Below, one piece after another: positions 46,468 to 55,446 of a DNA stretch of 64,000 nucleotides; the first letter of the stretch is position 1, and each line of letters begins with the position of its first letter. Origin of the DNA: an uncultured Phycisphaerales bacterium (lineage in GTDB: Bacteria; Planctomycetota; B15-G4; CAYZWU01); assembly GCA_964464495.1 (NCBI GenBank), contig CAYXGI010000009.1:42498-106497 (forward strand), in the 5' to 3' direction. The notes beneath the pieces are model-generated. The model searched no databases, was not told the origin of the DNA, and saw only the letters and a list, made by a program, of their open reading frames with translations. A program made the translations under genes and the position numbers.

Positions 46468-47010
46468 ATGGGAAATACCGGATCGAAAAGCAGGCCGGCA
46501 ACTCATAATGCCGGACAGACACTCACGGGGAAGAACCGAAACGGTTTCACACTCGTTGAAGTCATGATTGCCGTGGTGGTCGTCGGTATCGGCGTCGCCG
46601 CATCGCTTTTCGGCATGGGAACCAGCGTGATCAACGCAGACGCCGGCCGCGACGTGCTCGTCGCGGGGATCCTCTCCGACTACATCTGGCAGTATTCAGA
46701 AGAGCTCGAATTCTGGGATCCTCAAGAGAACGAGAATTTCGGGATCGAGACGGACGAAAACGGTTTCGACGACTACGACGACATCGACGATCTTCACGGA
46801 CAGGTCATATCCCCACCCGTGGGCGCAGACGGTGAAATTCTGACATCATTCCCGAACTGGACTCAAGAGATCACCGTTGCCGGACTCGATCCGGTCTCTT
46901 TCCTGGCGCTCGTCAATCCAGGGGTCACTCCTGTCCGCAGAGTGCGGGTCACCATCCTGAAAGCCGACAGGGAGGTGGAGAGTTACGAGTGGATCGTGAC
47001 GAGACTGTGA
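46468..47010 (+). CDS. minor pseudopilin (GspI-like)
   Basis: GFTLVEVMIAVVVVGIGVAASLF prepilin helix, preceded by an unusually long N-terminal leader in the ORF-track model; the true start may be later. 180 aa. Acidic mid-region. Confidence 0.65.
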   Translation: MGNTGSKSRPATHNAGQTLTGKNRNGFTLVEVMIAVVVVGIGVAASLFGMGTSVINADAGRDVLVAGILSDYIWQYSEELEFWDPQENENFGIETDENGFDDYDDIDDLHGQVISPPVGADGEILTSFPNWTQEITVAGLDPVSFLALVNPGVTPVRRVRVTILKADREVESYEWIVTRL

Positions 47011-47017
47011 GGCGATT

Positions 47018-48145
47018 ATGAAAAGAGCATGTGAAAAAGACAGATCTTTCCTTCAGAGGGGAACGATTCTGGTCCCCTGCCTGTTCATGCTCACTCTCAT
47101 CTCCATGATCACTCTCGGAATCCTTAACGTGGGCGGTGTGGGAGCGAACATCTCAGCGGCGCTGGCCCAGAAATCCCAGGCGGAACTCGTCGCCACATCG
47201 GGCCTCGAGATCGGTTACCGAAGGCTGTGCGAGGATCTCAACTATTCGGGCGAGTCCTGCTTGCCGCTTTCGATCCCCGCGTCGTCTGTCGAGATCTCGG
47301 TTCTGCCGCTGGCCAACAACGAGTACGAGATCACTTCGCTGGGGCGGGCGCGCGATGCAGAGCGGCTGCTCAGGACCAAGGTCCAGGGCAGGCAGTGGGT
47401 TTACAACTATCCTCTCTCCGTGGGCGGCGATCTGGGGCTCTGGGGATCGGCGAAAATCCTGGGCGATTGCTACGTGACCGGTGCCATCCGCGGTGGGAGC
47501 CCGGCTTTCATCGCCGGCGACCTCCACCTTCCCGGAGACAGGGATATCCAGTACGACGTGTACGGAAATCCCACGCGTGTCGATGGCTACGTCATTTCGG
47601 GAATCGAAGGAAACATTCACACCTATGCGCGGGCTCTCGATTTTCCCGGGATCTCGCTTGCGGCGCTGCGCGAACAGGCGATCGCCGCCGGCCAGCTCTA
47701 CTCGGGAGCTGTCTTCCTCGAGAATCAGGTCTTTGACGGTGTTGTCTACATCGAGAACACCTATCTGACTCCGGTTCTCTCGAACGTGGTGATCAACGGA
47801 ACCCTGGTCTGCGAAGACGTCTGGATCCTGAGCGTGGGCAACGGCTTCCTGAAGGTCCGCTGCAACGAGGGTGTTTGCGCCAATGTGGCGGTTATCGCCC
47901 CGGAGACCTGTTTTGCCGTCGGGGTCAACGCCGAGGTTGATCTCTACGGACTCAGCTTCTTCGGTGCGGGGCATTTCTTCGGCAAAGGGACTTTTACCGG
48001 CCCTCTCGTCATCTGGAACACCCTGGTGACCTACGGCGGATCGTCCCTCTGCTGTCAGTTTCCCGCGGTACTCAAGGACTTCATCTATTCCAACCTGATG
48101 TGGTCCGAACACAGTATCAAAGAGTTGGAGTTCGAGGTTCAGTGA
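47018..48145 (+). CDS. minor pilin-like protein (PilX/GspK-like N-terminus) with beta-helix-like C-terminal region
   Basis: N-terminus RSFLQRGTILVPCLFMLTLISMITLGILNV resembles the PilX_N/GspK hydrophobic segment. The C-terminal ~250 aa show ~20-25 aa periodic G/V/I-rich repeats (VISGIEGN, VFLENQVFDGVVYIENTY, VVINGTLVCEDVWILSVGNG) suggestive of a beta-solenoid. Confidence 0.6.
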   Translation: MKRACEKDRSFLQRGTILVPCLFMLTLISMITLGILNVGGVGANISAALAQKSQAELVATSGLEIGYRRLCEDLNYSGESCLPLSIPASSVEISVLPLANNEYEITSLGRARDAERLLRTKVQGRQWVYNYPLSVGGDLGLWGSAKILGDCYVTGAIRGGSPAFIAGDLHLPGDRDIQYDVYGNPTRVDGYVISGIEGNIHTYARALDFPGISLAALREQAIAAGQLYSGAVFLENQVFDGVVYIENTYLTPVLSNVVINGTLVCEDVWILSVGNGFLKVRCNEGVCANVAVIAPETCFAVGVNAEVDLYGLSFFGAGHFFGKGTFTGPLVIWNTLVTYGGSSLCCQFPAVLKDFIYSNLMWSEHSIKELEFEVQ

Positions 48146-48609
48146 AAACTAATCGCGACGCATTCACGCTGGTTGAGTTGATGGTGACGATTGTCATCCT
48201 TGCCGTTCTGGGAGGCATTGTGGTCACGGCGACAGTCGACACGGTGAGCACCAAGGCGGAAATCAACTCACGTGAAATCAAGAGTGCCATTCGCTATGCC
48301 AAGGTTTTCGCTCTTTCCCAGCGGTGCGCACACAGGATCATCTTCGATTCGGGCAGCAACGCGATCAGGGTCGAAGACGACGCCGGTAATGTCGCCTGGA
48401 ATCCGGTGACCTACTCGCCCTACGAGTGGACACTCGCCCACGGCACGATCGGGTCTGTCGATTTCGACGGCGGCAACTTTCTGGAATTCGGCACCTCGGG
48501 TGAGGGCGAGTCGGGCGGCAGCTTTGAAGTCGCCTACAACGGATTGACCCAGACCTTCACGGTCTCGCCGATCACGGGGCGTGTCGCCCTCGAGGAGGTG
48601 AGAAATTGA
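48142..48609 (+). CDS. minor pseudopilin (GspH/FimT-like)
   Basis: GTG start overlapping the previous stop (GTGA). DAFTLVELMVTIVILAVLGGIVV prepilin helix. ~155 aa. Confidence 0.7.
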   Translation: MKTNRDAFTLVELMVTIVILAVLGGIVVTATVDTVSTKAEINSREIKSAIRYAKVFALSQRCAHRIIFDSGSNAIRVEDDAGNVAWNPVTYSPYEWTLAHGTIGSVDFDGGNFLEFGTSGEGESGGSFEVAYNGLTQTFTVSPITGRVALEEVRN

Positions 48610-49706
48610 AGTGCAACAGCCTGGCAAGCCAATCTGGTTTCACTCTGATCGAGATCCTTCTCGTCGCCGCGATCGGCGGAGTCCTGCTCACGGCCCTGAC
48701 CATTTCGACGGGAGTCTTTCTCGACAACTACTCTGTAGCGCTCGATAGCCAGGATTTGACTCTCGCCCATCAGATCGCTCTCGATCGGGTTCTCGATTCG
48801 ATCACCGAGGCCGAGGAGATCGAAGTGGAGTCTTCCAATTCGATCCGGCTCACCTTTCCCGATGGGAACAGCGATCGGTATTTCTGGTCGGGCAACGCGG
48901 GCGAATGCCTCAAACTCGAACGGAACGGCGGCGATGCCCATCCCTTTGTCGACGGCGTGGTGAGTCTCGACTTCACGGGCAATATCGCTTCTGCCTACAA
49001 CGAGGTGATTCAGGTGGAGACCGAGAATCTTCTGAGTTTCGATGACTTCAGCGGCTACGCGTTCGGCTGGGAAAACCATGCCATCGAGCCGTCGAGCCTG
49101 CATGGATTCACCTTTTACATCACCTGGAACGAGAGGGTGGAGGAGATCGCGCTGACGCAGCTCGATCTGAGGCTCGCCAAGCTGCCCGCGCAGCAGGGAG
49201 ATCTCAAGATTTCGCTTCTCGAAGGGATCACCGAAAAAGTACCCCGCATGAACGGGGACGCCATCGCGAGCTGCGTGATATCCAACGCCGACATTGCCGC
49301 GGCCTACTGGGATGGACATGACTGGGTGATCGGATCGACGACGTTTGTCTTGACAGAAGATTTCGTCATCCAGCCCAACAGGTACTACTGCCTCCTCTGC
49401 GAACCCGCGGGCGGGGTCGAAGCGGCCACGATGGCCGTGGCGTGCATCACGAGCAATTACGGCCCTGTCAACGGCAGCGTTTACATCGGCTCGGTCGACG
49501 GGGGGGCCACATGGGATCCTCCCCTGACCTGGGGTGAATACAGGCAAAAGGATGTCCCTTTCCAGCTGACGGGAGACGTTCAGTTTTACGAACGGATCCC
49601 TGAGCAGTATGTCAAGTCTGTCGACGTGACGCTCGGGATCGAACTTGGCGGGAAGGAAGAATACGGCTCGGGAAGAGCCCAAGTGCGAGGAGGTGGTGAG
49701 AGGTGA
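48606..49706 (+). CDS. large minor pseudopilin (GspJ-like, 366 aa)
   Basis: MKCNSLASQSG|FTLIEILLVAAIGGVLLTALT class III signal. Long C-terminal globular region. 4-bp overlap with both neighbours. Confidence 0.65.
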   Translation: MKCNSLASQSGFTLIEILLVAAIGGVLLTALTISTGVFLDNYSVALDSQDLTLAHQIALDRVLDSITEAEEIEVESSNSIRLTFPDGNSDRYFWSGNAGECLKLERNGGDAHPFVDGVVSLDFTGNIASAYNEVIQVETENLLSFDDFSGYAFGWENHAIEPSSLHGFTFYITWNERVEEIALTQLDLRLAKLPAQQGDLKISLLEGITEKVPRMNGDAIASCVISNADIAAAYWDGHDWVIGSTTFVLTEDFVIQPNRYYCLLCEPAGGVEAATMAVACITSNYGPVNGSVYIGSVDGGATWDPPLTWGEYRQKDVPFQLTGDVQFYERIPEQYVKSVDVTLGIELGGKEEYGSGRAQVRGGGER

Positions 49707-51397
49707 AAAAGCTTTTTTCTCTGAATGTGTCGACCCTGTCTCCGATCAGCGTGAGAGTCGGTCGAAAATCGGTTTACCTGCTCCAGGCGAGATTTCACCA
49801 GGGGGCGATCGCGGCGCTCAATTCGGAGTCGGTGACGATCGAAGAATCGGACAGCGACCGGGACCGCGCCGTGGCGAAGTCGATCGCCTACTGCCTGAGC
49901 AAGGGTGAGTTCAAGGGCCGAAAGGCAGTACTGATCCTGAGCAATGAAGAGGTCCTGATCGAGCACCAACGTGTTCCCGTCGGCCCGGACGAGGGGGCAG
50001 GTAGTGATATCGAAGCACGATTGCTCGAGGAACTGCGTCTGAGCAACACCTGCGACATGGACAATTCTTTCACGCGCTACCTGCCGCTGGGCGAGGTCTA
50101 CGAGAGACACGAGCGCAAGGAGGAGTTGCTTCTCATGGTGGTCGGGACCGAGGTCATCGATCGCTATATCAAGGTGTTCAAGAGCGCCCATCTGACCCTC
50201 CACCGTATCGCAGTGGAACCCTTCGCTTTGCAAAGCGCGGCGCTCCGGTTCTGTCCCGTTGAATGGATGGGCGAGAATCCGACGGGGATGATCAACATCG
50301 GCGAGACCAAGATCGATATTCTCATTCTCCACAAGGGCCAGGTGGCGTTTGTCCGTTCCCTGCCGCTTGGAGTGGAGAAATTCACCGCTTCGATCGCCCG
50401 TCGCATGAGCATAGACGAGGAAGGAATGGCCAGAATCGTCCATGCCATGGGAAACGGCGGTAGCGTGAACGAGACCGTTGAGAAGGCGGTCAAGGCCGCC
50501 GTGCGCCCCGACATGGAACTCGTCGCTTCCGAGATAATCACCTGCTTCAGGTATTTTTCAGCGAACCACAACCGCGAACCGGTCGACCGGCTGATCGTCG
50601 TGGGAAGCGGCGCCGCACAGCTGGCGGGAAAGAATTTTCTCCGCGATCGGCTCGATGTGCCGGTTCTCTTCTGGAGAGACGATCTTCCCGTCGCCGGCGA
50701 CGGCAACCCCCTGTCGGGCAACCGGCTCGACGACGAGTACGTTTCTCTCGCGGGGCTCGCCGCAGACGAGTTCGCGGGGGTGAAACAGGATGTCGATTTT
50801 CTTCCCGAGGAAGTCGAGACGCGCCGTCTTCGCAAAAAGGTCAACAGGCTGAGAACGGTCTACCTGCTTTTGACTCTCTGTCTCATCGCAATGTTCTACT
50901 CCAAGGCCTCACAGCGGCTCACCCGGCTCAATAGCCTCAATGACATGTTCGTGAGCAGGAGCAACCTGCTCCAGATGAATACCAAGGCGGTCGATCAGCT
51001 CAAGACGCTCTCTTCCAATTTCGTCGATCGAGAGTCGCAGCTCTCCATGACGGTCTGCCCAGTGCTCCCGTCGCGCGTCCTGGCCGAGATCGTTTGTGTC
51101 GCCGGACCGGGAATCAGCCTTGGCATGATGTCGGCCGACTTTTCCTACGACACGCGCCACGAGGCTTATGGAAAGAAGGGCAAAAAAACACGCCAGGTCA
51201 CCGACCATGCCAATCCGCGTCTCTTCTTGACTGTAGTGGGAAAGGCCGCTTCCGCCGACGAGGTGTCGCTCTTCGTGGAACGGCTCAAGAAGACGGGCGC
51301 CTTTTCGTCGATCCGTGACGAGGGCTCGTGGGACGTCCTGCGGAACAACTCCGACCAGAAGCAGTTCACTATCAAGCTCACCGTGGGAGAAGGATAG
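49703..51397 (+). CDS. PilM-PilN fusion / GspL-like inner-membrane assembly protein
   Basis: N-terminal ~380 aa actin-like ATPase fold typical of PilM (NIGETKIDILILHKGQVAFVRSLPLGVEKFT...LIVVGSGA). A single TM (LRTVYLLLTLCLIAMFY) and a ~160 aa periplasmic domain follow. Confidence 0.75.
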   Translation: MKKLFSLNVSTLSPISVRVGRKSVYLLQARFHQGAIAALNSESVTIEESDSDRDRAVAKSIAYCLSKGEFKGRKAVLILSNEEVLIEHQRVPVGPDEGAGSDIEARLLEELRLSNTCDMDNSFTRYLPLGEVYERHERKEELLLMVVGTEVIDRYIKVFKSAHLTLHRIAVEPFALQSAALRFCPVEWMGENPTGMINIGETKIDILILHKGQVAFVRSLPLGVEKFTASIARRMSIDEEGMARIVHAMGNGGSVNETVEKAVKAAVRPDMELVASEIITCFRYFSANHNREPVDRLIVVGSGAAQLAGKNFLRDRLDVPVLFWRDDLPVAGDGNPLSGNRLDDEYVSLAGLAADEFAGVKQDVDFLPEEVETRRLRKKVNRLRTVYLLLTLCLIAMFYSKASQRLTRLNSLNDMFVSRSNLLQMNTKAVDQLKTLSSNFVDRESQLSMTVCPVLPSRVLAEIVCVAGPGISLGMMSADFSYDTRHEAYGKKGKKTRQVTDHANPRLFLTVVGKAASADEVSLFVERLKKTGAFSSIRDEGSWDVLRNNSDQKQFTIKLTVGEG

Positions 51398-51402
51398 GAG
51401 AG

Positions 51403-51936
51403 ATGAAGAAAAAAGAACTGATGTTGGTGATAGGGGTGGCGATCGGAATCGTTCTCTGCTTCTACCTCATAGTCTACAAGCCCTCGTCGAGCGAGATCGA
51501 CAAGATCAAGTCCGGCATGCACCAGTATCAGGGCATCGGGCTCCGTGAGAAGGTCATGAAGCAGACCCATTTCAAGAAGAAGGAAGAGGTGGAGGAATTG
51601 ACGACGCGAGTCGACTGCCTCGCCGAAAGGCTTCTCAGTCCCGAAGACGAGGATGTCTTCATGAAGGAGCTCAGACGAATCGTCGCCGCCGCGGAGGTCC
51701 ACGGCGATTCGGTCAAGCGCAACGGAGTGGTTCGCAAGGGCGAGCAGACCTTCCTCACCTTCGGCGTCCGGCTCAAGGGGAGTTTCGAAAAAGTATACGC
51801 CTTCCTGCGCGCCGTTGAAGACCTGGACAAGAACGTCTGGTTCGACAAACTCAAGCTGACCCGCGCCGAGGGAACGAGCGGAATCGTTTCGCTCGATCTG
51901 AGTCTCAGTGTGCCGCAGTTGAAAGAATTGGAGTGA
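51403..51936 (+). CDS. PilO/GspM-like bitopic assembly protein
   Basis: ATG 51403 with AGGAG RBS. Single N-terminal TM (LMLVIGVAIGIVLCFYLIVY), coiled-coil region, C-terminal ferredoxin-like region. Position after PilM/N is conserved in type IV pilus / T2SS operons. Confidence 0.6.
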   Translation: MKKKELMLVIGVAIGIVLCFYLIVYKPSSSEIDKIKSGMHQYQGIGLREKVMKQTHFKKKEEVEELTTRVDCLAERLLSPEDEDVFMKELRRIVAAAEVHGDSVKRNGVVRKGEQTFLTFGVRLKGSFEKVYAFLRAVEDLDKNVWFDKLKLTRAEGTSGIVSLDLSLSVPQLKELE

Positions 51937-52514
51937 GTCCCGTGGGATTGAAGGTAGATAATCTCAAAAACACGCTCAAAAAGGAACAGAAGAAGGTCGC
52001 CTTTTTGGTCGCGCTCGCAGCGGTTTTTCTCTACGTCTGGATCCCTCTCATGAAGGGATCCGATCCGGTTCCGAATCCAGCGGCGGCCAACCTCAATCCA
52101 AAAGCCACGGCGAAAAGCCGGACAGGCAAGGCGGGGCGCGAAGCAACTCCGCCCGTGACGGAGAAAGAACGAAAAGTCACCTATCCCGCATTCCTGAAAA
52201 AACCCCTTCCGGCAGTGATGCTGCCAAGAAATCCATTCCTCTCGTTGGCCGACGAAACCCCACCCGAACCGGAACCTGTCGCAGTGGAAGAGACCAACAC
52301 CGAGGAAGAGGCCCTCAAGGCGACTGAAAAGGCGCGGGCCGAGAAGATGGTCATCACATCGACAATGCTCTCCGGTCGCAACCCGTCGTGCGTGGTCGAC
52401 GGACTCGTTCTGGTTAAGGGATCCGAATATAACGGTTTCAAGGTCAAGAAGATAAGCGAGTTCGGCGTCGTCTTCGTGGGTGAATACGGCGCGTATCAGG
52501 TCACGATACGTTAA
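51933..52514 (+). CDS. PilP/GspC-like periplasmic assembly protein
   Basis: N-terminal TM (VAFLVALAAVFLYVWIPLM), Pro/Glu-rich linker, C-terminal small beta domain (GLVLVKGSEYNGFKVKKISEFGVVF). Immediately precedes the secretin. Confidence 0.5.
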   Translation: MSPVGLKVDNLKNTLKKEQKKVAFLVALAAVFLYVWIPLMKGSDPVPNPAAANLNPKATAKSRTGKAGREATPPVTEKERKVTYPAFLKKPLPAVMLPRNPFLSLADETPPEPEPVAVEETNTEEEALKATEKARAEKMVITSTMLSGRNPSCVVDGLVLVKGSEYNGFKVKKISEFGVVFVGEYGAYQVTIR

Positions 52515-52591
52515 GTCTAAAGTATTCGACGTGGAAAGACGATTACTTGTTTAACTCAAGAGTGTTAACCACTTGTTATGGGGTGGATTCC

Positions 52592-54316
52592 ATGTGCAGC
52601 AAAAAGTGCATTGTTTTCTGGTCGACTCTGGCAGCGCTTGTTATCTGGTCGTCGACGCTTTGCGCTCAAGATGAGCCTCCCGTGGAAGAACCGGTGATCG
52701 AGGCCACGATCCTCGAATTGGAAGTCGATGATGAAGAGATCGAGATGGGCGAGGGGATCTTCCTCAACGCCCCCTCGGCCGATATCCGCGCTCTGCTACA
52801 GCAGATTTCCCAGTCGGAGCGGATCAACATCGTTGCCGCCGGTGATGTGGAAGGCAGCGTGTCGGTCAACCTCTACGGCGCGACAGTCGACCAGGCCCTC
52901 GAGGCGATCCTCTCTCCGCAGGGTTACGGCTACGTGCGCAAGGGCAACTTCATCTACGTCATGAAATTGGACGAGCTCGGCGCGTTCGGTGTGAGCCAGG
53001 GACGCCTCGAAACAAAGATCTATATCCTCAACTACCTCTCCATCGACGACGCGAAGGAACTGCTCCCCCTTTATCTCTCCGACGATGGAGAGATGAAGCT
53101 CTGTAAGGAGTCGGAAGCGGGTATTCCCACGGGCGACACCGAAACCGGGGGCGAGTCGAACGCGTCCAACAATCTCATCGTGATCAAGGATTTTCCCGAC
53201 GTCCACCGCAACCTCGCCGAGGCGCTCATGGTTCTCGACGCTCCTCCGAGGCAGGTCTTGGTCGAAGCCACGATCGTCGAGGTCACTCTCGACGACACGA
53301 ACCGTCTCGGTGTGAATTTCACCGCCCTCGGCGGAGTTGATTTCGCCGATCTGGACCCCTCCACCACGTCGGACCTCAGGGGTATCACGCCCGGCGATGC
53401 CGGGGCAGGATCGATCGACGCAGGATTCAACGCTTTCGGGACGCGCGGTTTCTTATCGCCCCAATCCGATCAGGGATTCTCCTTCGGAATCCTGAAGAGC
53501 GATCTCGCTATTTTCCTCGATGCTCTGGAGAGCGTGACCGACACGAACGTCCTGGCCAATCCCAAGATCCTCGCGTTGAACCGACAGCGGGCGGAGTTCA
53601 TCAGTGGCGGCCGGTTGGGATATTTCGGCAGCGAGACCTTGAGCGACGGCGGATTTTCCCAGCAGGAGGTCGAATTCCTCGACGTGGGAACGCAACTCAG
53701 GTTTCGCGCTTTCATCGGCGCCGACGACTTCGTCAGGATGGAGATTCATCCCGAGCGGTCGGACGGCGTGGTCGATTCCGTCACCGGCCTGCCCTCTGAG
53801 ACCACCTCCGAGGTGACGACCAACATTCTCGTCAGGAACGGCGACACCGTGGTCATCGGCGGCATGATCGAGGAGAGAGACACGTCGACCGTCTCCCAGG
53901 TTCCGCTCCTCGGATCGATCCCGATCATCGGATGGCTCTTCAAGAAGGAAGAAACGTCCACCCGTCGCGTGGAGATCATCATTATGATCACCCCCAAGAT
54001 CATCGATCCCTATTCCCAGGACGACGAGGCCGAGGAGATGCTCGCCGGGTTCAAGGAACGCAAGAAGGCGTTCCGCCACGGATTCAAATTTTACACGCGC
54101 ACGGTGAGAGCCGAGTGCCACAGGGAGAGAGCGCGCCACGCCATCGAGGACGGCAAGTACGGGCACGCCGGTTTTCATCTCGGCTGGGCGCTGAGTCTCG
54201 ATCCCAATGTTTCCGAAGCCCACGAGCTCAAAGCGCAGCTCGAGGCCCTCAATGCGGCAAGTGAACCGCAAGAGGATACGCTGGAAGAATATATCTGGAG
54301 CAGTGAAATCAAATGA
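52592..54316 (+). CDS. secretin (GspD/PilQ family)
   Basis: Signal peptide MCSKKCIVFWSTLAALVIWSSTLCA. N-domains, then the secretin core (VLANPKILALNRQRAEFISGG...TTNILVRNGDTVVIGGM...VPLLGSIPIIGWLFKKEETSTRRVEIIIMITPKII). The ORF-track start at 52547 is also possible. Confidence 0.85.
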   Translation: MCSKKCIVFWSTLAALVIWSSTLCAQDEPPVEEPVIEATILELEVDDEEIEMGEGIFLNAPSADIRALLQQISQSERINIVAAGDVEGSVSVNLYGATVDQALEAILSPQGYGYVRKGNFIYVMKLDELGAFGVSQGRLETKIYILNYLSIDDAKELLPLYLSDDGEMKLCKESEAGIPTGDTETGGESNASNNLIVIKDFPDVHRNLAEALMVLDAPPRQVLVEATIVEVTLDDTNRLGVNFTALGGVDFADLDPSTTSDLRGITPGDAGAGSIDAGFNAFGTRGFLSPQSDQGFSFGILKSDLAIFLDALESVTDTNVLANPKILALNRQRAEFISGGRLGYFGSETLSDGGFSQQEVEFLDVGTQLRFRAFIGADDFVRMEIHPERSDGVVDSVTGLPSETTSEVTTNILVRNGDTVVIGGMIEERDTSTVSQVPLLGSIPIIGWLFKKEETSTRRVEIIIMITPKIIDPYSQDDEAEEMLAGFKERKKAFRHGFKFYTRTVRAECHRERARHAIEDGKYGHAGFHLGWALSLDPNVSEAHELKAQLEALNAASEPQEDTLEEYIWSSEIK

Positions 54317-55446
54317 TACCCTTCAAGGAGAAGAATCGAGGCCGGAATCGGGCGCCCCTGTTCGCGGGCGCCCTTCTGCTGTTTCTGATCTCGGCCGCGG
54401 GATGCGTTTCGGTCGAATCCGATCCGAAGGGAGAACACGATTCGTCCTTCGACTACGCTCTCGTGAACTTTCATTACAAGATGGCCGAAAAATTCTGGAA
54501 CCAGGGCAAGGAGGATCTGGCGGTCAAGTATCTCCACAAAGCCGTGGTCGGCGATCCGACCGCCCTCGAACCGAGGCTTGGACTCATCGACATCCACGTG
54601 GCCAGAGGCAGCGTCGATGAGGCGCTGACGACGATCGACAGCTTTCCCGAGGAGATGAAGTACGATTCCGAAGTGCTCGATCGCCTCCTCTACATTCTCG
54701 AACTCAAAGGCGACGACGAGGCGGCCGCCCGTGTGATCGCCGAGGCTCAGGATCGCGAGGTCCCGACGGCGCGGTTCTTGAAGACGCGGGCCGAGGCACG
54801 CGTTTTTCGGAACGATTTTGCCACGGCCCTGAAATTCTACGAGCGGGCGCGCAGGGATTTCCCCCAGGACACCGCCCTGCTCGAAGCGATGTCGGCACTT
54901 TACGGCCTCATGGGACGGGAGGCGCAAAGAGCCGAGATCCTCGTCGATCTCATCGCTCTTCTTCCGGAGAGAACCGACTTTCCGATCGAGGCGGCGCGTG
55001 CCTTTGAAAAGGCCGGGCGCCCGAAGGAAGGAATCGTCCAGCTCGAGTCGCTGATTCTCGGCGAGGGCAGGATGGTCCGCGGCGACGTCTGCCAGGGGCT
55101 CGGGTATCTCTATATCCGCGAGGAGCGCTGGCAGCACGCCTGCGAGATCTATGAGCGGGCTCGCGTGCGGGGGGACGCCGTCCTGACCTTGGAGGAGAGG
55201 AAAAGTCTTGCCGAGACCTATCTCAGAAACGGTGAAAACGTCAAGGCCGCGGCCGAACTGCAGGACCTCGTGCTGCGGCAGCCGGAAGATCCCGTGACGC
55301 GCGCCGCGCTCGCTCTCGCCTACTGGCGCATGGGCCACGTTGAGCGCGCCGAGGAGATAGTCAAGGGCGCCGGTGCGGGAACGAAAGAGGGGACCGTTCT
55401 TGGCGCGGTGGAGAATAAGATAAGAGGAGGAAAGAGCGTTGACTAG
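54313..55446 (+). CDS. TPR-repeat lipoprotein (PilF/PilW-like candidate secretin pilotin)
   Basis: Lipobox LISAAGC. Multiple TPR-like hairpins (FWNQGKEDLAVKYLHKAVVGDP, ALKFYERARRDFPQD, YERARVRGDAVLTLEERK). 4-bp overlap with the secretin stop. Confidence 0.7.
   Translation: MIPFKEKNRGRNRAPLFAGALLLFLISAAGCVSVESDPKGEHDSSFDYALVNFHYKMAEKFWNQGKEDLAVKYLHKAVVGDPTALEPRLGLIDIHVARGSVDEALTTIDSFPEEMKYDSEVLDRLLYILELKGDDEAAARVIAEAQDREVPTARFLKTRAEARVFRNDFATALKFYERARRDFPQDTALLEAMSALYGLMGREAQRAEILVDLIALLPERTDFPIEAARAFEKAGRPKEGIVQLESLILGEGRMVRGDVCQGLGYLYIREERWQHACEIYERARVRGDAVLTLEERKSLAETYLRNGENVKAAAELQDLVLRQPEDPVTRAALALAYWRMGHVERAEEIVKGAGAGTKEGTVLGAVENKIRGGKSVD

Noticed and set aside
47153-49682. 319-aa and 382-aa - strand ORFs (47153..48112, 48534..49682)
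   Set aside because: Antisense to prepilin-motif-bearing minor pseudopilin genes that are in tight operon register. No features of their own.
54175-55338. 387-aa - strand ORF
   Set aside because: Antisense to the TPR lipoprotein gene, which is in the operon with 4-bp overlaps.
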